From contig OZ024757.1 in the NCBI GenBank assembly GCA_964016885.1, positions 19,096,001 to 19,160,000 on the forward strand: a stretch of 64,000 nucleotides of DNA, given 5' to 3'. Below are positions 1 to 13,811 of this stretch, one piece after another (the stretch's first letter is position 1; each line of letters starts with the position of its first letter). The notes below the pieces were generated by a model, which saw only the letters and a list, made by a program, of their open reading frames with translations, did no database searches and was not told the DNA's origin. A program made the translations under genes and the position numbers. The stretch comes from Eledone cirrhosa (lineage: Eukaryota).

Positions 1-267
1 GTATATAAACCTGTAGGTTGAAGAAGAGAGCAAAAGGAAGAAGGGAGCACTTGCACAACACGCTCCTGGAGTTGAGGGTTGTTCTGTCTACGGGGTATTA
101 AACAACCCATTTGTGACGCCTCACCCCTATTGGGGATTTCAATTGTTATAATTGTTTGTTTGTTTCGATATTTTTACACGACTGTATGTAAAATCCCCGG
201 CATGTGTCTTTGTATTGTCCCCTTTTCTTGTGCGCCCTTGTGGCAAATAAAGAAATCTATCTATCTA

Positions 268-325
<58 letters not shown>

Positions 326-511
326 TGTCTATCTATCTATCCATATAACTTTTAATTTGCATTTGTGATAATATTTTACACGTTTTTATTGTATGTAAAC
401 TCCCCCCACTTTGTAATTGTCCCCTTCTTTTGTGCCGCTGTGGCTAATAAAGAAACATATCTGATGATGATGATGATCTATCTCTCTTTCTACCTAGCTG
501 TTAGTCTATAT

Positions 512-543
<32 letters not shown>

Positions 544-638
544 CCATATATATTTTTCTCTATCTAGTTGCCGATCTGTCTATTTGTATTTCTATTCAGT
601 TTTAGTATATGCATACATGTGTATATGCATACATATAT

Positions 639-784
<146 letters not shown>

Positions 785-879
785 GTATGCATGTGTGCAT
801 GTATGTTTAAATGAATGTATGTATGTATGAATGTATGTATGCATGTGTATAAACATGTATGTCTGTAAATGTGTATGTA

Positions 880-2900
880 TGTACGCATCTATGTATGTAT
901 GCATGTATATATCTATGTATGTATATATATCTATTTATGTATATATCTATGCATCTATGTATGTATGCATCTATGTATGTATATATCTATGTATGTATAT
1001 ACCTATGTATGTATATACCTATGTATGTATATACCTATGTATGTATATATCTATGTATGTATACATCTACATATGTATATATCTACATATGTATATATCT
1101 ATGTATGTATATATCTACATATGTATATATCTATGTATGTATATATCTACATATGTATATATCAATGTATATATATATCTATGTATGTATATATCTATGT
1201 ATGTATATATCTATGTATGTATATATCTACATATGTATATATCTATGTATGTATATATCTATGTATGTATATATCTACATATGTATATATCTATGTATGT
1301 ATATATCTATGTATGTATACATCTACATATGTATATATCTACGTATGTATATATCTACATATGTATATATCTATGTATGTATATATATCTATGAATGTAT
1401 ATATCTACATATGTATATATATATCTATGTATGTATATATCTATGTATGTATATATCTACATATGTATATATCTATGTATGTATATATCTACATATGTAT
1501 ATATCTATGTATGTATATATCTATGTATGTATATATCTATGTATGTATATATCTATGTATGTATATATCTATGTATGTATACATCTACATATGTATATAT
1601 CTACGTATGTATATATCTACATATGTATATATCTATGTATGTATATATCTACATATGTATATATCTACATATGTATATATCTATGTATGTATATATCTAC
1701 ATATGTATATATCAATGTATATATATATCTATGTATGTATATATCTATGTATGTATATATCTATGTATGTATATATCTACATATGTATATATCTATGTAT
1801 GTATATATCTATGTATGTATATATCTATGTATGTATACATCTACATATGTATATATCTACGTATGTATATATCTACATATGTATATATCTATGTATGTAT
1901 ATATATCTATGAATGTATATATCTACATATGTATATATATATCTATGTATGTATATATCTATGTATGTATATATCTACATATGTATATATCTATGTATGT
2001 ATATATCTATGTATGTATATATCTACATATGTATATATCTATGTATGTATATATCTATGTATGTATATATCTATGTATGTATATATCTATGTATGTATAT
2101 ATCTATGTGTGTATATATCTACATATGTATATATCTATGTATGTATATATCTATGTATGTATATATCTATGTATGTATATATCTATGTATGTATATATCT
2201 ATGTGTGTATATATCTACTTATGTATATATCTACGTATGTATATATCTACGTATGTATATATCTATGTATGTATATATCTACGTATGTATATATCTATGT
2301 ATGTATATATCTATGTATGTATATATCTATGTATGTATATATCTATGTATGTATATATCTACGTATGTATATATCTATGTATGTATATATCTATGTATGT
2401 ATATATCTATGTATGTATATATCTACATATGTATATATCTATGTATGTATATATCTATGTATGTATATATCTACATATGTATATATCTATGTATGTATAT
2501 ATCTATGTATGTATATATCTACATATGTATATATCTATGTATGTATATATCTATGTATGTATATATCTATGTATGTATATATCTATGTGTGTATATATCT
2601 ACATATGTATATATCTATGTATGTATATATCTATGTATGTATATATCTATGTATGTATATATCTATGTATGTATATATCTATGTGTGTATATATCTACTT
2701 ATGTATATATCTACGTATGTATATATCTACGTATGTATATATCTATGTATGTATATATCTACGTATGTATATATCTATGTATGTATATATCTATGTATGT
2801 ATATATCTATGTATGTATATATCTATGTATGTATATATCTACGTATGTATATATCTATGTATGTATATATCTATGTATGTATATATCTATATATGTATAT
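880..2900. repeat. 16-bp minisatellite (ATCTATGTATGTATAT)n
   Basis: About 2 kb of units with ATCTACAT/ATCTACGT variants and higher-order blocks. Confidence 0.95.
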
Positions 2901-3354
2901 CTCTGCATATTAACTCATCGTAGTAATTTTGTTCATCCATACATCTCCCTCTCTCCCCCCCCTCTCTCTCTCTCCCTCTCTCTCTCCCTCTCTCCATCTA
3001 TCTATGTATCTATCTCCACAACCACCAGCCTCACAACTACACATCCATTCAACCGTGTCCTTGCACCTACACATCTGTCCATTCATCCATCCATCCCCTC
3101 TCCATCCACCATCCCCCCTCTCCATCCACCCACCCTCTCCATCCACCGCACCCCCTCTCCCACCAACACACCCACCATCCCCGCTTATATACACCCCCTC
3201 TCTCACTGAGCCATCCAGTGGCAAAGGGTAAGCTGGAAAGCAGGGCATGCAGTTCAATCCCCATGGCGGAAAGTGGGGGCTGTGCAGCCTTACCACCACC
3301 CCTCAATTCCCTCTAAATGACCCTCCCGGTCAAAGCCACATGTAGTGTTATCTA

Positions 3355-3385
<31 letters not shown>

Positions 3386-4300
3386 TGTGTGTTATCTTTT
3401 TATCTGTCTACGATTTAGTAAGCAGCCAAAATTCTGCTTGCTTCAATCGACGCAATTGATCGACTCAAGATTCTATAACGCATGCACTGCATGTGTTGCA
3501 TGCACGGGCCCTTCTCCCCTGGAGCCATCCTCTTCTCCCACCTTCACATCACCCGACTCTCTCAGTCACTACCACCCTCCCACCCCCGCCACTCTCACCC
3601 CTCTCTCCAGCCAATCTCCCAGTCACCACCCACCCACCCCCAAACCAATCTCCCAGTCACCATCCTACCACCTCTCCCACCAGCCACCCTCCTCACTCCC
3701 CCACCCCACATCTCTCCCATCTGCTCACCCCCACCCTCCACCCCCACCTACCCAATTCTGATGTCACATTGTCAGTTTCTGTTGGTTTAATTCGTTATAA
3801 TTAACAGTCATTTGATTAAACAATAAAATAATTTATTACATTTAAACAGTGTGGTGGTGGTGGTGGTGGAGAGTAGGGGTGATGGTGGTGGTGGTGGAGG
3901 TGGTGGTGGAGGTGGTGGTGGAGAGTAGGGGTGGTGGTGGTGGAGGTGGTGGTGGAGAGTAGGGGTGATGGTGGTGGTGGTGGAGGTGGTGGTATTGTTG
4001 TTAGTGGTGGTGGTGGGGGAGGAGAGTAGGGGTGATGGTGGTGGGAGAGAGTAGGGGTGATGGTGGTGGTGGTGGTATTGTTGTTAGTGGTGGTGGTGGT
4101 GGTATTGTTGTTAGTGGTGGTGGTGGTGCTGTTGTTGTTAGTGGTGGTGGTGGTGGTGGTGGTGGTGGCATTGTTGTTAGTGGTGGTGGTGCTGTTGTTG
4201 TTGGTGGTGGTGGTGGTGGTATTGTTGTTAGTGGTGGTGCTGTTGTTGTTGTTGTTGTTGGTGGTGGTGATGGTATTGTTAGTGGTGGTGATGGTGCTGC

Positions 4301-4331
<31 letters not shown>

Positions 4332-4635
4332 ATTGTTGTTAGTGGTGGTGATGGTGGTGCTGTTGTTGGTGGTGGTGGTGGATGGTTGTGGTACAGGTTT
4401 TGGTGGTTGAGGGGATATATATATATATATTTACTTTATATATTACATTGTGGTGGTCTATCTATGACTGTGTGTATGTGTGTACATATATATATGTATA
4501 TGTGTTTGTGTAGAAATATAAACCCTAACATACACGTGTATACATATATATATATATATATTTTTTTTTTTTCTCTGAAACATTTTTCCTATTCCACCCC
4601 GCTAGTCCCCTCAATCTATCTTATTTCTCATTCTT

Positions 4636-4671
4636 TCTTCTGATGAAGGACTAGCGTCCGAAACGTTAAGA
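4636..4671 (+). ncRNA. Minimal type I hammerhead ribozyme, family A
   Basis: TCTT CTGATGA A GGAC tagc GTCC GAAA CG TT AAGA. Copies: 16201(+), 55287(+), 21211-21246(-, stem II mutated), 61052(+, decayed). Host repeat about 200 bp. Confidence 0.65.
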
Positions 4672-4824
4672 CCCTCTTCCTGCTATATCAAGCGTTAACC
4701 TAATATATTCCTTCCATATACTGTACCGTTTGTGTTGTTATTTCTGTTTATCTTTTACGCAGGCACATATATATATATATATATATTGTTATGCTTTGGG
4801 AGGGTCATGTTGCCAATAAGAAAC

Positions 4825-4874
<50 letters not shown>

Positions 4875-4982
4875 GTCCAGATGTCTAATTATATATACAG
4901 TGTATATATGTATATATATGCAAAGAGTTGGCACCAGGAAGGGCAACTTGCCATGACACAGTGCCACCACTCCCTTAATTCT

Positions 4983-5199
4983 TTAACCCTTTACCATTTA
5001 CATTACTCTATATATACTATTATATTTTTTACGGTAAAGGCTTTATCTGACATAATATGAAATCTACAAGATTTTGATATTATTTATTTTGAGAACAATG
5101 CCTTAACATCAGTATGAGTGGCCAGTTAGGGCCGGTTTTAACAGAGATAGGTGAGAGAATTGTGGCCAGATATGGCCGGTTTAAATGCTAGAAGGTTAA
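4983..5199 (+). mobile_element. TTAA-flanked piggyBac-like MITE (~215 bp)
   Basis: TTAA CCCTTTA...TAGAAGG TTAA. Relatives: 12819-13278 (reverse, interrupted by an RTE-tail element), 48180-49391, 52130-52459, 58347-58505. Confidence 0.7.
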
Positions 5200-5272
5200 T
5201 TCTTTAACCCTGTAGTATTTACATTACTCTCTATATTTACTATTGTATTTTCACGATAAACGAATTACCTCG

Positions 5273-5323
<51 letters not shown>

Positions 5324-5615
5324 AAAGTTCTATTTAAAATTGTTGGGATACAACAAGTAAATATTTTTATAACTGATATAAAGCACTCGACAAGTATTTG
5401 GAGTAGATATACGATATTAATAAATGGAAACTATATTTATAAAACCATATTTATTTCATTATACATATTTCAGGGATATCAAATTAAATTATGGTATGCC
5501 TTCATCAGACAAAATACAATATATAACAGTTTTACAAATAAACTTTGACGTACCCTATTAAAATGCAACCATTGTTTTTGGAAGTCATCCGGATAGATAA
5601 AACTGTTATATATTG

Positions 5616-5680
5616 TATTTTGTCTGATGAAGGCATACCATAATTTAATTTGGTATCCCTGAAATATGTATAATGAAATA
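5616..5680 (+). ncRNA. Minimal type I hammerhead ribozyme, family B
   Basis: TATTTTGT CTGATGA A GGCATACCA-loop-TGGTATCCCT GAAA TATGTA TA ATGAAATA. Copies: 5452-5516(-), 6322-6383(-), ~10470-10533(-), ~11575-11639(-), ~36445-36509(-), 36648-36712(+), 50064-50128(+); stem II varies but keeps pairing. Confidence 0.7.
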
Positions 5681-5720
5681 AATATGGTTTTATAAATATA
5701 GTTTCCATTTATTAATATCG

Positions 5721-5753
<33 letters not shown>

Positions 5754-6108
5754 TGCTCTGATTATTTAATTTATTAATTCATCATTGAGCCACATTGTGA
5801 ATGGTTGCCAACACATATATATCTGTGACTTTGTCTAGTTTGTGTATATGTAAATCTTTATATTTAATAATCTCCCATGAGGTTGAGAATTTGGGCAACC
5901 AGCCCACTCGCCGTAAGCAACCAATCACATTCTTTCTGACTTGACCACTGCCACATCACAATTCTTAGCCATTTTGAATTCGTTTCTGGCGGAGATCACT
6001 TAAGAAAATCATTTTCCCAAACGAGTTTGTTTCCTGATGAGTTCAAAGCTCGAGATTTTATCCTTAATAGGATATTTCCAAATATCTTAATTTCCAAATA
6101 TATATTTC

Positions 6109-6148
<40 letters not shown>

Positions 6149-6205
6149 TTATTCCAGGTTGAATCGGAGTTAACCACAGTAAGTAAGTTACTCAATACAT
6201 AGCAG

Positions 6206-6258
6206 GAGCTTCCTGATGATTTCTCACGAATGAAACAGTTCTAGTCCTGTAGAAGCTC
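6206..6258 (+). ncRNA. Type I hammerhead ribozyme, family C
   Basis: GAGCTTC CTGATGA tTTC tcac GAAt GAAA CAG ttctagtc CTG TA GAAGCTC: 7-bp stem I, 3-bp stem III extension, GUA triplet. Related copies at 7286, 45586(-), 54224 and 61191-61288. Confidence 0.75.
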
Positions 6259-6500
6259 TTCTATATATATATATATACAATGATATTAAATAAATGGAAA
6301 CTATATTTATAAAACCATATTTATTCTATTATATATATTTCAAGGGTACCAAAAACTTTGGTACGCTTTCATCAGATAAAATACAAAGAGTGTTTTATTT
6401 AATATCATTGAATATTTACTCCAGAAATCTGTCAAGTGCTCTGAATCAGTTATAAACATTTATATTTGTTGAATTTCCAACAAATTAAATATCCCTTCTA

Positions 6501-6535
<35 letters not shown>

Positions 6536-6767
6536 CAGAAGAGATTGCTTTGGTAAAAACAGGAACAAGCAGGAGAAAGCTCTCGACAATTTTAGTTTTT
6601 ACTTACGATGGAGATTTTTATAAAAATAACAAAATAAGATGCTGAGGTAAATCATGGAATCAAGAAGTGCCTCATGCATTTGTTAAAAATAACAAAATAA
6701 GATGCTGAGATAAATCATGGAATCAAGAAGTGCCTCATGCATTTGTTGTTGTTATAAGATGTTGTTG

Positions 6768-6837
<70 letters not shown>

Positions 6838-7420
6838 ATTTGAAGACTAAAATCTAAAGGGGGCTCGATAAGGATAAATATATATCAAATATATAAGAAT
6901 CGTAGAGCAAATATTTATTAAAATAAGAGATTAAAGTTTAAGCAAAGAATCGCTGCTTTCACCCTTAACGAAGATCCCGTTAAGAGCGATTCTTTGCTTA
7001 AACTTTAATCTCTTATTTTAATATATATATATATATATATAGATAGATATAGATATATATATATATAAATAGATATATATATAACCAAGGAATTGTGGTA
7101 AGGAACCAGGTGGACAATAACGCACCAGAGTACTCAATACTTAGGGTAGTGGAGTGGGTAATGGGAACAAGTATGACCCCGACGGCAGAGCTCAAGCCGT
7201 TTCGACGGGTATTTCTAGTCCAGAAATAACCGTCGAAACGGCTTGAGCTCTGCTGTCAGGGTCTTACTTTTCCCTATATATATATCCTGATGATTTCTAC
7301 CAAATGAAACAGTTCTAATCCTGTAGAAGCCATTTCTATATTAAATATTTATACTCTGCTTTGTATTGAGTACCTTACTTACTGTGCTTGCCACCGATTG
7401 AACCCAGGATACACACACAC

Positions 7421-7451
<31 letters not shown>

Positions 7452-7523
7452 TACACACATATATATATATCATCATCATCATCACCGTTTAACATCCATT
7501 TTTCCACGCTACCTATATATATA

Positions 7524-7558
<35 letters not shown>

Positions 7559-7565
<7 letters not shown>

Positions 7566-8272
7566 GAGAAGAAAGAATACTGCGTGGTTTGCACATGGGT
7601 TACATATGATAAAAATAGTCCTTCGTCAGTGATTTTCCAACCATCATTGGTATTTCATCGCATTAAAAATCAGATACCTCAGGTTGGTGCGAGCAATAAC
7701 TAAAAAAAGTTATTGGGACCAGTAATTCGCGTAAAGCGAGGGGGACAAGTAAACAACATAGAAGGATAAAAACAAACCGAAGATAGGAAAATAAACAAGC
7801 AACATGGTTGTCCGGTCAGCATAAACTGGGTGGATTTCATGAGCGACAGAGGTACAGACCGTGTCGATGTGTGTGAGATGTAAGCAAGAAGTGACCCACA
7901 CAAGCCAAACGGGAGGAAGTGAGAAGGGGAGAAACAGAGAGTGAGTGAGTGGAAGTGCGAGGAAGAGGTCAGTCGAGAGAAAGTGTAACTGACAGAGGGG
8001 GCGAAAGAAGGTGAGAGAAACAGAGAGAGCGGGGAAGCAGTAAGAGAGAAACAGACAAACGCAGCTGAGGTAAATATATATAAAAAAACATGAGAAGAAA
8101 GAAGAATACTGCGTGGTTTGCACATAGGTTACATATGATAAAAATAGTCCCTCATCAGTGATTTTCCAACCATCATTGGTATTTCATCGCATTAAAAATC
8201 AGATACCTCAGGTTGGTGCGAGCAATAACTAAAAAAAGTTATTGGGACCAGTAATTCGCGTAAAGCGAGGGG
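7559..8272 (-). mobile_element. Unclassified terminally redundant element (~190-bp direct repeats, ~525-bp unit) in (TA)n
   Basis: 7559-7744 is nearly identical to 8085-8272; solo partial copy at about 61700-61848 in the opposite orientation. Strand is inferred from RNA motifs only. Confidence 0.6.
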
Positions 8273-8976
8273 ATATATATGGTGAGGGAGAGGGATGCAA
8301 ATTATCTAAAAACAGGGGAGATGCTTGTCAGTGTCCCACACAAGTTTAATCCCCTATTTTAACTGAGAAGTCAGCCTTAAAACAGCACCTTCTCCCCCTC
8401 TCTCTCCCTCCCTCTCTCTCTCTCTATATATATATATATACATATGTATATATATATACACACATATGTATATATATATATATATATATTGTGTTGAGAA
8501 ATAAAAACAAACACTTTTAAAAGCTTCGGTTAGTTTTCTGTTCAAACACACCATTTAAACATACACATACACACACACATACATACATACATACATACAT
8601 ACATACATACATACATACATACACACACATACACACACATGTAGATACACATGTACACACACTGACATCTACACACACACACATACACATATATACATAT
8701 ACATATACAAACATGCATACACACACCCATATCTAACCACACACACACACACACACACACAGACGTGGAGAAACACATACATATTTACACACACACACAT
8801 ATATACACGCACACTCCTATATACACACATGTTATGTTTGTTATTGTTGTTGTCTTCTCTTTGAACATCCGTGCACATGACTTGTAAGATAACTGAGAGG
8901 AAAGGCTGTCACACTTATATATACACACATATATATATACACACATGTATATATACACATACACATATATATATAT

Positions 8977-9008
<32 letters not shown>

Positions 9009-9240
9009 ACACATGTATATATATACACACACACATATATATATATACACACACACACATATATATATATACACACATATATATATACATACACACATAA
9101 ATATAGATATATATACATATATATATATATGGTGGCTGCCAACTCGTTTTCGAGTACGGTCACTACTTTATATATGTATGTGTCTGGTGGTAGCTAAGAT
9201 GCTTCCATAGGCAGAATGCCTGTTGAGCACTCTATTCTAT

Positions 9241-9292
<52 letters not shown>

Positions 9293-9356
9293 CACATACA
9301 TACATAGATATTTACTTACATATATACATACATACAAACATATATACAAATGAACA

Positions 9357-9392
<36 letters not shown>

Positions 9393-10052
9393 TAGACACA
9401 TAATACCTTTAAATCTATACATTTCATTCACATGATAAGCTATGTTTTTACAACAAATTGCTTCTTATGTGGTGATGATGGTGATGATGGTGGTGGAGGT
9501 GTAGGGTGGGGGGTGTTATGGTGGTGTGGTGATGATGGTGGTGGAGGTGGTGTGGGGGTGTGTGGTGGGGGGGGGGGGGGGGGGTGGAGTTGGTGCTGGG
9601 GGTATGTAGGGTGGTGTGGTGTGGAGTCGGTGCTGGGTGGTGTAGGGTGGTATTGTGTGGTCGTGATGGTGGTGTAGGATGGTGTGGAGGAGGTGTGTAG
9701 GGTGGTGTGGTGTTATGGTGCTGGTGGTGGTGTAGGGTGGTGTGGTGTGGTGATGATGGTGGTGTAGAGTGGTGTGGAGTTGGTGCTGCTGGGGTGGTAA
9801 TATAGTGGTGTGGGAGAGATGATGTGGGGGGGGGGGGTGTTTGATAGTGATAATGATGACGGGAGAAGACTGATGATGATAGTGATAGTGATGATGATGA
9901 TGATGATGGTGATGATCATAGTGATGATCATAGTGATGATGGTGATGGTGATGATTATCTTGACATAGAAAAATCTTATTCTGTCCTCTAATCTAAGACC
10001 ATATGTTTATATATATATATAGTCTTCACATTTATTGTTACTATATATATAT

Positions 10053-10250
10053 AGGGTGGTGGATTGGCAGTATCGGTAGAGGGTCTGACGCCATGCTTTG
10101 AGGCATAGAGTTACGGCCCTTGCCATTCTGAGTTCAAATCCCGTCGAGGTTAACTTTGCCTTTCATCCTTACGGGGTCGATAAAATAAAGTACCAGTAAT
10201 GTACTGGGTAATTGCTGGCCTTGTGCCAAAAGTAGAAATAATTATTACTA
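10053..10250 (+). mobile_element. tRNA-derived SINE family 2
   Basis: TTGGCAGTATCGG (A box), GAGTTCAAATCC (B box), GCCTTTCATCCTTACGGGGTCGATAAAATAAAGTACCAG, (ATT)n tail. Other copies: 18613-18926(-, two), 22147-22355(+), 22554-22750(+), 28610-28930(-), 30418-30555(-), 34058-34733(-, three), 56284-56550(-), 62634-62815(-), 62890-63070(+). Confidence 0.85.
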
Positions 10251-10280
10251 TATATATATAGTCTCCACATTTATTATTAC

Positions 10281-10340
<60 letters not shown>

Positions 10341-10684
10341 AGTTGTATTTAATTTGTTGGAATTCCGATAAACATAAATGTTTATAACTGATATAGAGCA
10401 CTCAACAAGTTACTGGAGTAAATATTCCAAGATAATAATAAATGGAAACTATATTTATAAAACCATATTTATTTTATTATATATATTTCAAGGCCAACCA
10501 AGCAAATCTTGGTGCACTTTCGTCAGATAAAATACAAATTTGTTTTATAAATAATGACATACCCATGGAGATCACACCTTAACTGTCCAGCGAATCTTCG
10601 GACCGTTAAGGTGTGATCTCCATGGGTATGTCATTATTTATAAAACAAATTTTGTATTTTATCTGATGAAAGCGCACCAAGATT

Positions 10685-10756
<72 letters not shown>

Positions 10757-11280
10757 GAGATAAATATAAATTCACCGAGAATCGCATTTCGGCGTGTAGA
10801 AAAAGCGAAACGTAACGCAAATTCCGAGTCATGCTGGCAAGTGCTCCAATGGCTAAAAAAAACCCAGAGCAATAAACATAGGTTATAAACGCCATACAAA
10901 CTGAGAAGGCGGTCAAGAAGGCATTAACCACCTAAGCCAAAAAACAAGTCAAGCTAAACAGGTCAGACAAAATAAATGATATAATCATACATATACATAT
11001 ATATATATAACTAACCTGGACCCTTGGAATTGATGGTAAAATCCAAATACAGGGGTATGGTCTACCTGGTTGTTACCACATTGTATCTGATATATATATA
11101 TATATATATATGGTATAAACGTTTGAATATGTGTAATAAAGCCAAAACAATGCAGGTATGGACATAGAATAAAGAATGCAAATGCAAAAGATATTGTTGA
11201 CAATTAGTCTTTTACCTTAGATTTATTTAAATGTCCTTAATTTTCGAGATAATATCTCTTCTTCAGAGGGAAATAAAGGT

Positions 11281-11314
11281 CTCTGAAGAAGAGATATTAT
11301 CTCGAAAATTAAGG
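11281..11314 (+). ncRNA. Minimal hammerhead ribozyme, family F (mirror copy 11235-11270 on -)
   Basis: CT CTGAAGA A GAGAT att ATCTC GAAA AT TA AGG, at the centre of a palindrome with 157-bp arms. Confidence 0.55.
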
Positions 11315-11473
11315 ACATTTAAATAAATCTAAGGTAAAAGACTAATTGTCAACAATATCTTTTGCATTTGCATTCTTTATTCTATGTCCATACCTGCATT
11401 GTTTTGGCTTTATTATACATATTCAAGCGTTTATACCTCATTACACAATGCTTCAAGTGAACTATAACCTCCT

Positions 11474-11533
<60 letters not shown>

Positions 11534-11981
11534 AAGATAATAATAAATGGAAACTATATTTATAAAACCATATTTATTTTATTATATATATTTCAAGGGC
11601 GACCAAGCAAATCTTAGTGCACTTTCATCAGATAAAATACAAAATTTGTTTTATAAATAATGACATACCCATTAAACATTTATGTTTGTCGGAATTCCAA
11701 CAATTTAAATACAACTCCTACATATATATATATATATGTATATATATATACATACATATATATATCAGATACAATGTGGTAACAACCAGCTAGACCATAA
11801 CCCTCCAGAGTACTCGATACTTGGGGTAGTAGAGTGGGTAAAATGAAAAGATTCAGGATCTCGATGGCTGAGCTCCAGGGTTTTTGACAGCTAGATCCTG
11901 TCGGGAGTCCTGAATCTTTTCATACCTGTCTAACCCATGCTAGCATGGAAGAACGGACATAAAACGGTGATGATGATGATG

Positions 11982-12045
<64 letters not shown>

Positions 12046-12299
12046 CATCATCATCATCATTTTACGTCCGCTTTTCCCTGCTTGCATATATATATATACA
12101 TATTTATATGTATCGTCATCATCATTTAATGTCCACTTTCCCTGCTAGCAAGTGTTGGATGGGTCTACTACAAAGACCAAGTCAGAACTGGAGCAGTGCC
12201 AATGACATCCCAGACAGGTCAAGGAGCTCTGTATCCTGCTTATGTTTGGTCATTATCGAGTTCAGCATGAGAAGTTGTTGTTTCTTTTGACACAAATTG

Positions 12300-12451
12300 A
12301 AGAGTCCTCCTGAGCCCTTGTTTGGCAAGCTTTCTATGGCAGGATGCCCTTCCTAACACCAACCATATATATATATATATATATATATAAGGGTCTTCCT
12401 GACCCCTTGTTTGGCAAGCTTTCTATGGCAGGATGCCCTTCCTAACACCAA

Positions 12452-12487
<36 letters not shown>

Positions 12488-12546
12488 GTCTTCCTGACCC
12501 CTTGTTTGGCAAGCTTTCTATGGCAGGATGCCCTTCCTAACACCAA

Positions 12547-12602
<56 letters not shown>

Positions 12603-12755
12603 GTCTTCCTGACCCCTTGTTTGGCAAGCTTTCTATGGCAGGATGCCCTTCCTAACACCAACCATATATATATATATATATACATATAAGGGTCTTTCTG
12701 ACCCCTTGTTTGGCAAGCTTTCTATGGCAGGATGCCCTTCCTAACAGTAACCATA
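12300..12755. repeat. Tandem array: ~65-bp constant unit + variable (TA)n
   Basis: AAGGGTCTTCCTGACCCCTTGTTTGGCAAGCTTTCTATGGCAGGATGCCCTTCCTAACACCAACC x5; contains the RTE-tail motif. Confidence 0.9.
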
Positions 12756-13811
12756 TATACATATAATACACACACAAACACAGACATGTGGTGGCTGTGT
12801 CAATCAAGGGCTTATTCCTTAACCCTTTAGCATTTATACTGACCATATCTGGCCAGTATTCTCTCACCTCTTTCTGTTGAAACCGGCTGTAACCAGCTGC
12901 TCATACTGATGTTAAAGTATTGTTAACAAAATAAATAATATCAAAATCTCGTAGATGCAATATTTTATGAGGTAATTATGTGAGGTAAAGCCTTTACTGT
13001 GAAAATATAATACTAAATATAGAATAATAATAATAATAATCATCACCATCGTTTAATGTCCATTCTTCCACACTAGCATGGGTTAGACGGGTTGTCCTGT
13101 TGTGGGCAATGCTCATACAGGACTGATTTTGGCTTGTTTTCTACAGTCGGAGGCCTTTCCTAACACCAACCTCATTTACAGAGTGGAATGGGTGCGTTTT
13201 AATGAGACACCTACACGAACACTTTACAGTTGGAGTGGTTGGGGGACATACTGTCTAATGTAAATGGTAAAGGGTTAAAATGCTCAGAAGACTCCTTTGA
13301 AGTAGTTGATAGCTTCTGTTACCGTGTTACCTTTTTCGGACTCGAATTAGCAGCTGGTTTCAAAGAAAGCATAGCAGCAAGAATGATTAATTGAGGCCCT
13401 AAGAACATGCTTATTTTGTTTAATTGTTGGCCCAGGGTTGCATGAATGAAGAGAGCACAAGACATGCTGAAAGAGAAAATATGGGTTCCCCCTCCCCCCT
13501 ACATACACACACACATATATCTCTATGTATATCATAACTCATATGTTGTTCACTTTCCTGACATTTGTACATTATTCTATGTACTATACATGCACCTTTG
13601 ATGAGCTGTAGTGCACCTGAGCACTGTACACAATAATTTTCATTATTATCATTATTATTAAGAATGGGTCCCACAAGTTGGACCGGCTCTTTCAGTGCTT
13701 TCCTCTGGGGTAGCACTTTTTTCAATTCTGTCTGCTGGAACCATGAAACAGTTATGTGTGGCCATGCTGGAGCACTTCGGTTGTAATGTCATCTGTAACA
13801 AACATTTTTAC

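Noticed and set aside
831-3209. Long ORFs (up to 684 aa) rich in Y/I/M/C/V
   Set aside because: Translations of a stop-free 16-bp minisatellite, open in several frames.
12300-12755. CRISPR-like repeat-spacer pattern
   Set aside because: Spacers are only (TA)n, the repeat is ~65 bp and derives from an RTE tail, the context is animal DNA and no cas genes are present.
13280-13375. Possible exon CSEDSFEVVDSFCY
   Set aside because: Matches RTE ORF segment [14 protein letters not shown]; a decayed LINE fragment.
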